64,000 nucleotides of DNA from an uncultured Spirochaetota bacterium (GTDB lineage: Bacteria; Spirochaetota; UBA4802; UBA5550): the NCBI GenBank assembly GCA_963827275.1, contig CAWHAA010000010.1:160001-224000 (forward strand). The letters run 5' to 3'. Positions 58,496 through 64,000 of the stretch are shown here, piece by piece (the stretch's first letter is position 1; every line of letters starts with the position of its first letter). Made by a program: the position numbers and the translations under genes. The notes under the pieces were generated by a model that searched no databases, was not told where the DNA came from, and saw only the letters and a program-made list of their open reading frames with translations.

Positions 58496-60931
58496 ATGAA
58501 AAGACGTTTGTTTTCTCTACTTCTTCTTTTTTCAACAGCGGCCCTGCAATCGTGCGGCGCCGTTGACTTCACAAAGAATCCGGGACAGCAGGTCATGGCC
58601 CTTCTCGGCCTCACTGCCGCAGCCAGCACAAACGCTCCGGCGGCTCCCTATAATTTGCAGGCAACGCCTATCTCGGCAAACCAGGTTGACCTTGTCTGGG
58701 ACAGCAGGTCCAGCAACGAAAAGGGATATAAGATCGAGCGAAGCGCGGGCAGTGTGGAAAACTACACGGAAATTTCCGATATTTCAATATCTGCCAGCAG
58801 ATCATACCGGGACTCTTCCGGATTAAATCCCGGCCACAGGTATCGTTACCGGGTCCGCGCCTATAATGATGCGGGAAATTCGGATTATTCGATACCCGTT
58901 GACACGACTATCCCACCTTCGGAGACTCCGGTTCCGGCCACACCGAGTGTTCTGCAGGGAGAAGCGTCATCCGCCAGCACGATCAGCCTCACCTGGCTCG
59001 ACAATGCGGATAATGAAAATGGCTTCACCATTGAGCGCAAGGCAACCGGCGATCCGGCGTTCACGCAAATCGCAACCGGTCTTGCGGCGGGAACAACAAC
59101 GTACAGCTGTTCCGGCCTGAATTCAAGGACGGTGTATTATTTTCGCGTCATGGCTTTCAACGGCAGCGGGAATTCCGGTTATTCGAACGAGCTTTCAATC
59201 AGCATCTCACCGGTAGTGCCATCTGGCCTGACTTCTTCTGCGACCTCGAGTTCGGAGGTCACCCTCGCATGGACCGACAATTCAAATAATGAAAGCGGGT
59301 TCCGTGTTGAGCGTCGAACGGCCAGCGTAACAACCTACACGGTGATCGCCAGCGATCTGCCTGCCGGGTCCTCGTCGTACGGCGATTCCGGCCTGCTTTC
59401 GAACACGCTGTATTACTATCGCGTGAGGGCGCACAATTCTTTCGGGACATCCGTATATTCCAATGTAACCTCAACGACAACTGATTACGCCGTCCCTGAA
59501 ACTCCCGCGAGTCTGTCTGCGACTGCGATATCCAGCAGCCAGATATACCTGTCATGGGGTGTTGTTTCCGGGGCAGAAGGATACAGAGTATACCGCGCGT
59601 CAAGCGCCGGCGGCAGCTATTCACAGGTGGGCGGCGACATGACGGGTATAACCTTTACCAATGGTTCACTCTCCCCTGACACGACCTACTGGTACAGGGT
59701 TTCCGCATATAATTCAGCAGGCGAGAGCGTTCAAAGCGGCGCGGTGTCCGCGGCGACCGAAACAGGATCGCTGCCGGCGACTGGAGACTCTTTCGTGATC
59801 GCGGTCTTTTTACAGGACCCGCTGCGCGAGTACAACGGGAAAATCAATGCCGTGAATTACAAGAATATCGGGATCAACACCTTCCTGGCCCTGTATCAAT
59901 GGCCCAGTGAAGCCGAGATGGGCAATGGGTATAACCTCCTGGCCGCCCAGGCGCTGAAAGACAACGGGATGAAAGTGTACGCGGGCAATGACCAGGCGGC
60001 CATCAACTGGAACAACGCGCACCCGGAGTTCGCAGACACGTTTGTCGGCTACTTCCTCGGCGACGAGCCGGACATGTTCAAGGAAAGCGGCGATCCGGTG
60101 CAGGCCGCGGCGTGCATGCCTGACGCCTGGAAAGCCGCGGGGGATGCGCTCCGGGCCGCCGATCCTTCCCGGGGCGTGTGGGGCAATTTCGGCAAAGGGT
60201 TCGCACTCGATCCGTGGAACGGCTATGCTGTTGACCCGGGTTCAACCCAGGCAGCCGACTTCGCCAAGTACGTGGAGCCGACCACGATCATTTCGAGCGA
60301 CTATTACGGCATCACCGATCCCTGGGAAGTGCTCAATGAACACGGTATCTGGACATACGGCCGGACTATCGATAATACCGAGAAATATTCAGGCGGCCGT
60401 CCGGTCGTGGGCGTGCTCGAGGCTTCGGCGATCGATGCCGCAGGCAAGGTCCCGAACAACCTCTATGCCCATATGCCCGCCGACCTGATCATGCCGACGG
60501 TATGGATAATGGTTGTCCACGGGGCGGACGGTCTTATCTACTTCTGTCACAACCTGCTGGATGGCTTTGTTGAAGACGGCTGTCTGTATGAGCCGGGGAT
60601 GAAAGAAGCGATGCAGGCGGCGAATGCCTCGGTCCAGCAGTATGCCGCCGTGCTGGCGACCCCGGACCTGGCGGGTACCTCCGCCACGACGAACGGAGCG
60701 GTCCCGGTCGCCACGCTTACGAAACGGCTCGACGGCGCCACCTATATCTTCGCGATGGGAGACGGGAACACGGCCAACATCTACGGCCAGGCAGTCACCG
60801 CCACGATAACGGTAACCGGCGGCGGCACCCGCACCGTGGAAGTGGTCGGAGAGGACCGCGTTGTTTCCATGACTAACGGCCAGATAGTGGACCACTTTGA
60901 TGCGTATCAGCGGCACATATATCGATACTGA
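58496..60931 (+). CDS. Lipoprotein with 4 FN3 domains and the same glycoside hydrolase-like domain (paralog of 56486..58057)
   Basis: LQSC lipobox; four FN3 repeats; the last 1.1 kb or so is nearly identical to 56918-58057. Confidence 0.78.
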   Translation: MKRRLFSLLLLFSTAALQSCGAVDFTKNPGQQVMALLGLTAAASTNAPAAPYNLQATPISANQVDLVWDSRSSNEKGYKIERSAGSVENYTEISDISISASRSYRDSSGLNPGHRYRYRVRAYNDAGNSDYSIPVDTTIPPSETPVPATPSVLQGEASSASTISLTWLDNADNENGFTIERKATGDPAFTQIATGLAAGTTTYSCSGLNSRTVYYFRVMAFNGSGNSGYSNELSISISPVVPSGLTSSATSSSEVTLAWTDNSNNESGFRVERRTASVTTYTVIASDLPAGSSSYGDSGLLSNTLYYYRVRAHNSFGTSVYSNVTSTTTDYAVPETPASLSATAISSSQIYLSWGVVSGAEGYRVYRASSAGGSYSQVGGDMTGITFTNGSLSPDTTYWYRVSAYNSAGESVQSGAVSAATETGSLPATGDSFVIAVFLQDPLREYNGKINAVNYKNIGINTFLALYQWPSEAEMGNGYNLLAAQALKDNGMKVYAGNDQAAINWNNAHPEFADTFVGYFLGDEPDMFKESGDPVQAAACMPDAWKAAGDALRAADPSRGVWGNFGKGFALDPWNGYAVDPGSTQAADFAKYVEPTTIISSDYYGITDPWEVLNEHGIWTYGRTIDNTEKYSGGRPVVGVLEASAIDAAGKVPNNLYAHMPADLIMPTVWIMVVHGADGLIYFCHNLLDGFVEDGCLYEPGMKEAMQAANASVQQYAAVLATPDLAGTSATTNGAVPVATLTKRLDGATYIFAMGDGNTANIYGQAVTATITVTGGGTRTVEVVGEDRVVSMTNGQIVDHFDAYQRHIYRY

Positions 60932-60965
60932 TACCTGTGCCCGGTAACTGATTCAAATTGCATGT

Positions 60966-61191
60966 GAGCTCACGGATTACACCGTGAGCTCGCTGCATTT
61001 TTGACGGTCGATCTTCCCGCTCGCTTTCTTTGGCAGCGCCCTCGCGAACACGAGCATTCCGCATGACTAGGCCGGTAGCACGAACCGAACAGATTTTGAA
61101 GGGGAACTCTCAGATCATTCTGAGAGCTCCCTGCATTTTTGACACGGTCGATCTTCCCGCTCGCTTTCTTTGGCAGCGCCCTCGCGAACAC
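60966..61191 (-). repeat. Direct duplication of the acyl-CoA ligase 3' end, each copy ending in a hairpin
   Basis: 60986-61051 matches 61124-61191 except for a 2-bp indel and one substitution; hairpins at 60966-60991 and 61102-61131. Confidence 0.9.
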
Positions 61192-62670
61192 TACCCCGTC
61201 GGGTACTTTGAACTTCGGCAGCTTCGACGCGCAGTAGCCGAGCACGCTGTCCCCGGTGCACGAGCTTTCGATGGGCACCGCCACAGCGACAAGCTTGTTG
61301 CCCTTCAGCTCGTCCGGCTTCCCGATCACGGCGACCTCAACGATCAGGCCGCTTTCCATGATCGCGTCCTCGATCTCCTGGGGATTGATGCGGTGGCCGC
61401 TCACTTTCAGGAGATTATCCTTCCTGCCCACAAGGTACAGGTATCCTTCCTCGTCCATGTACGCCAGGTCACCGGTGTGGTACCCGTTTTCATCAAGCAC
61501 CCGCGCGGTCGTTTCAGGGTCCTTCCAGTATCCCCGCATGATGTTCGGGCCCGAGGCCGTCAGCTCCCCAGTCTGTCCCGGCGGCACCTCGTTCCCGCTT
61601 TCATCCAGCACCTTCAGCGTCACGCCGGGGATCGCCTTCCCTATCGAATCGACTTTCCGTTCGAACTCCGACGGCTCGAGATAGCTCAGGCGCGCCGACG
61701 CCTCTGTTGCACCGTACATTATAAAAATATCGGTATGGTCAGGAAGCGCGCGGCGCAGGTCCTGCTTGATCTGCCTCGACATGTGGCCTCCCGCCTGCGA
61801 GCAGTACCTGAGCGAGACAAGCTTCTCCCTGCTCGCGGCCAGCGGCGACCGGTGCAGGAGATACGCGAAGGTTGAGGGCACGCCGGACATCCCGGTCACC
61901 TGCTCGTCGATCATCTGCTTCACCACCGCGCCGGTATAGGCGAACTTGTTGTTGATGACGATCGAGCCGCCGGCGGCGAAATGCGTATTGAGCAGCGACT
62001 TGCCCATGACGTAGAAGAAAGGCAGGACCACCATCTGCCGGTCATCGGGCGTCAATCTAAGATACGAGCATATAGACCCGGTGTTGTTCACTATGTTGAA
62101 GTGCGAAAGCATCGCGCCCTTGGGGGTCCCCGTCGATCCGGACGTGTAAATAAGGCAGGCCAGGTCTCCGGGATCGACCGCATGGCCGGGATTTGAAGGA
62201 TCGCCGGCTTCGAACAGCTCTTCGAGCTTGATCACCGGAAACGGCACACCGTCCCCGGCCGATTTCGGCCGCGAGAGTATCAGGGCCTTCAGTGGAAACA
62301 ACGAAACGGGCGTATCCGCAAGTATGCCCTCGAACCGTTCGGACGATATGACTATCGCCGGCTCAATCTCGCTCAGCAGCAACGCCAGCTTGTCCGGCTT
62401 GATGTCCGTGCCGAGCGACACGAACACCGCGCCCGTTTTAAGAACGCCGTAATAGCTCGTTACGTACTCAAGGCCGTTCTGGAGCAGTATGACGACGCGG
62501 TCCCCGCGCGAGACGCCCATGCCGGTCAGGGCCCGCGCCAGCCGGTTAGCCTTTGAATTTATCTCTGAATAGGTGGCGCGGGTCTGCTCGTGTATCAGGG
62601 CAATTTTACCGGGGAAACGTTCAGCGCTGTTCTCGAGGAAGTGATGGATGAGGGCCGGCGGCTGTTGCAT
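60970..62670 (-). CDS. AMP-dependent acyl-CoA/acyl-carrier ligase; C-terminus extended by a 2-bp frameshift
   Basis: YTSGSTGTPKG, MYGATEA, HTGD and GKIDR motifs. The natural stop is probably TGA at 61115-61117. Confidence 0.9.
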   Translation of the reverse strand: MQQPPALIHHFLENSAERFPGKIALIHEQTRATYSEINSKANRLARALTGMGVSRGDRVVILLQNGLEYVTSYYGVLKTGAVFVSLGTDIKPDKLALLLSEIEPAIVISSERFEGILADTPVSLFPLKALILSRPKSAGDGVPFPVIKLEELFEAGDPSNPGHAVDPGDLACLIYTSGSTGTPKGAMLSHFNIVNNTGSICSYLRLTPDDRQMVVLPFFYVMGKSLLNTHFAAGGSIVINNKFAYTGAVVKQMIDEQVTGMSGVPSTFAYLLHRSPLAASREKLVSLRYCSQAGGHMSRQIKQDLRRALPDHTDIFIMYGATEASARLSYLEPSEFERKVDSIGKAIPGVTLKVLDESGNEVPPGQTGELTASGPNIMRGYWKDPETTARVLDENGYHTGDLAYMDEEGYLYLVGRKDNLLKVSGHRINPQEIEDAIMESGLIVEVAVIGKPDELKGNKLVAVAVPIESSCTGDSVLGYCASKLPKFKVPDGVVFARALPKKASGKIDRVKNAGSSQNDLRVPLQNLFGSCYRPSHAECSCSRGRCQRKRAGRSTVKNAASSRCNP

Positions 62671-63669
62671 TTATTTCACGTCAATTCCCAGCCTCTCGGC
62701 GCCGTACCGGACCATTTTCATGTCTTCAGGCTGATTGGTCTTCTCAATCCCCTCTTCCCGCTCCATGGAGCCGGAACGGACGATGCCGGCAATCTCCCAC
62801 GCGTAGGGGTGGAAGCCGAATTTCTCCCGGTGTATATGGTTCGCGAGCGCGTTCAGCGTGCAGTTCGACGAATTCGGGTCGGTATCGAGAGGGGTCACCC
62901 AGCCGAGCGATTGTATGAACCTGACGATCTCATTTTCATTATACGGCATGAACGCCAGCGGGTGTATGTTGATGGGCCAGCGGTCCGCCGGGTATTTCAT
63001 GTCCTCATCGGACAGGAAGAACGGCGTGAGCTCGTCCGGAAAGCGCTTGAAGAGCAGGTCGCGCACGGTCTTGTTGGTGATAGCCTGCATGCGCGCGCTT
63101 GTCTGCATGATGGCCGAGGTGATGGGCGCCTGGCCGGGGGACCAGCCGTACGCGGCAAGGGGTATTCGCATCTGGAGCGCGGTCTTGAGCACCAGCGATT
63201 TGACATGGCCGATGCAGGTGGTGCAGATCGAGCTCGCGCGGTCGAGGGTCTTGGGGCTGTAGAAGTCCTCGCGCGCCGCTACCGCAAAGACACGCTTCAT
63301 GAGCTCGAACGGCGGCCGGACGAACAAGCTCGTGGCCCCGCATAGGTCCGTCATGTGGACGATGTTCTCTGCGGCCCGTGGCGAGATGAAGCCGTTATCG
63401 AAGGTGAGCGCCAGTATCCGCATGCTGTACTGCTTTGCCAGGATATGCAGGGTATAGGTGGAGTCCTTTCCGCCGCTATAGGCCATGATGACATCATAGT
63501 CATACTTGCCCCTGACGCCGTCCAGAAGATCCTCGAACTTCTTCGTATATTCATTTTTCTTTTCATCGTCCGGCAGATGCCCGCCCGAGCAATAGTTGCA
63601 GACATGCGCATCATCGAATTGTATGCCCGGAAACGTGTCCGGTAAAACGCAGCGGGAGCAGAAGTTCAT
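62671..63669 (-). CDS. PP-loop ATPase, N-acetyl-sugar amidotransferase-like
   Basis: CSRCVL...CNYC N-terminus, SGGKDS PP-loop, TFDNGF, CTTC and SSNC motifs. Confidence 0.8.
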   Translation of the reverse strand: MNFCSRCVLPDTFPGIQFDDAHVCNYCSGGHLPDDEKKNEYTKKFEDLLDGVRGKYDYDVIMAYSGGKDSTYTLHILAKQYSMRILALTFDNGFISPRAAENIVHMTDLCGATSLFVRPPFELMKRVFAVAAREDFYSPKTLDRASSICTTCIGHVKSLVLKTALQMRIPLAAYGWSPGQAPITSAIMQTSARMQAITNKTVRDLLFKRFPDELTPFFLSDEDMKYPADRWPINIHPLAFMPYNENEIVRFIQSLGWVTPLDTDPNSSNCTLNALANHIHREKFGFHPYAWEIAGIVRSGSMEREEGIEKTNQPEDMKMVRYGAERLGIDVK

Positions 63670-63913
63670 TGGATTGGCCCTTGCAATAGATGTACCCCAT
63701 ACCTTCGCATGGCCATTACACGATCAGCCGCCCGGAACAGGGTTTTATTTTATATCATGAATATATGCCCCCCTCTCTGTATTGTCAATATTCTTTTCAT
63801 AATCATTTTTAATACTGACATTAATTATTGGTTGGATATTTGTTACCGGCATATCTTCAATATTATAAATTACAAAAAATGATTTATGGGCATATCCATT
63901 ATAGCAGACCTGC

Positions 63914-63948
63914 TTGACAAATAGCAACATTTTCAATAAAATGCTATT
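63914..63948 (+). promoter_or_regulatory. Sigma-70 promoter with overlapping inverted repeat, for a gene beyond the window
   Basis: TTGACA-N17-TAAAAT; AATAGCA...TGCTATT inverted repeat at 63920-63948. Confidence 0.6.
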
Positions 63949-64000
63949 AAAATCCTATAAACCTAATCTGAACTTAATGAACGGCCCAGGGTCCACTATC

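Noticed and set aside
60986..61191. Duplicated gene end as a DGR template/variable repeat pair
   Set aside because: Differences are not adenine-specific and no reverse transcriptase is present in the window.

Overview
A GC-rich bacterial chromosomal window, most likely from a spirochaete of the Leptospira-related lineage (inferred from the flgN-flgK-flgL-fliW-csrA operon and Leptospira-like hypotheticals; not confirmed). It is mostly core genes: aroA'-type aldolase, lolCE/lolD, AmmeMemoRadiSam A and B, split coaC/coaB, mutL, Sir2, gltX, glnS, rsmD, gltA, rpmB, etfBA, proS, Sua5/YciO and glgX. Accessory patches lie at about 7-10 kb, 26.5-36.5 kb and 53.5-64 kb. The most notable signals are: (1) a DUF1573 gene with an in-frame UGA at the first Cys of its CGCT motif, followed by a long stem-loop, a candidate selenoprotein or UGA-recoding case; (2) two non-coding elements, each with paired hairpins presenting CA(N)GGAUG loops, candidate CsrA sponges, one divergent from the csrA operon; (3) a dispersed repeat family in five copies, two of which abut truncated genes; (4) three secreted glycoside-hydrolase-like genes sharing one promoter motif, next to a duplicated gene 3' end; and (5) an orphan promoter-terminator pair suggesting a roughly 80-nt sRNA. 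Three small frameshifts (flgN, lolD, acyl-CoA ligase) may be sequencing errors. No rRNA, tRNA or CRISPR array was recognised. All family calls come from motif recognition by eye; no searches were run.
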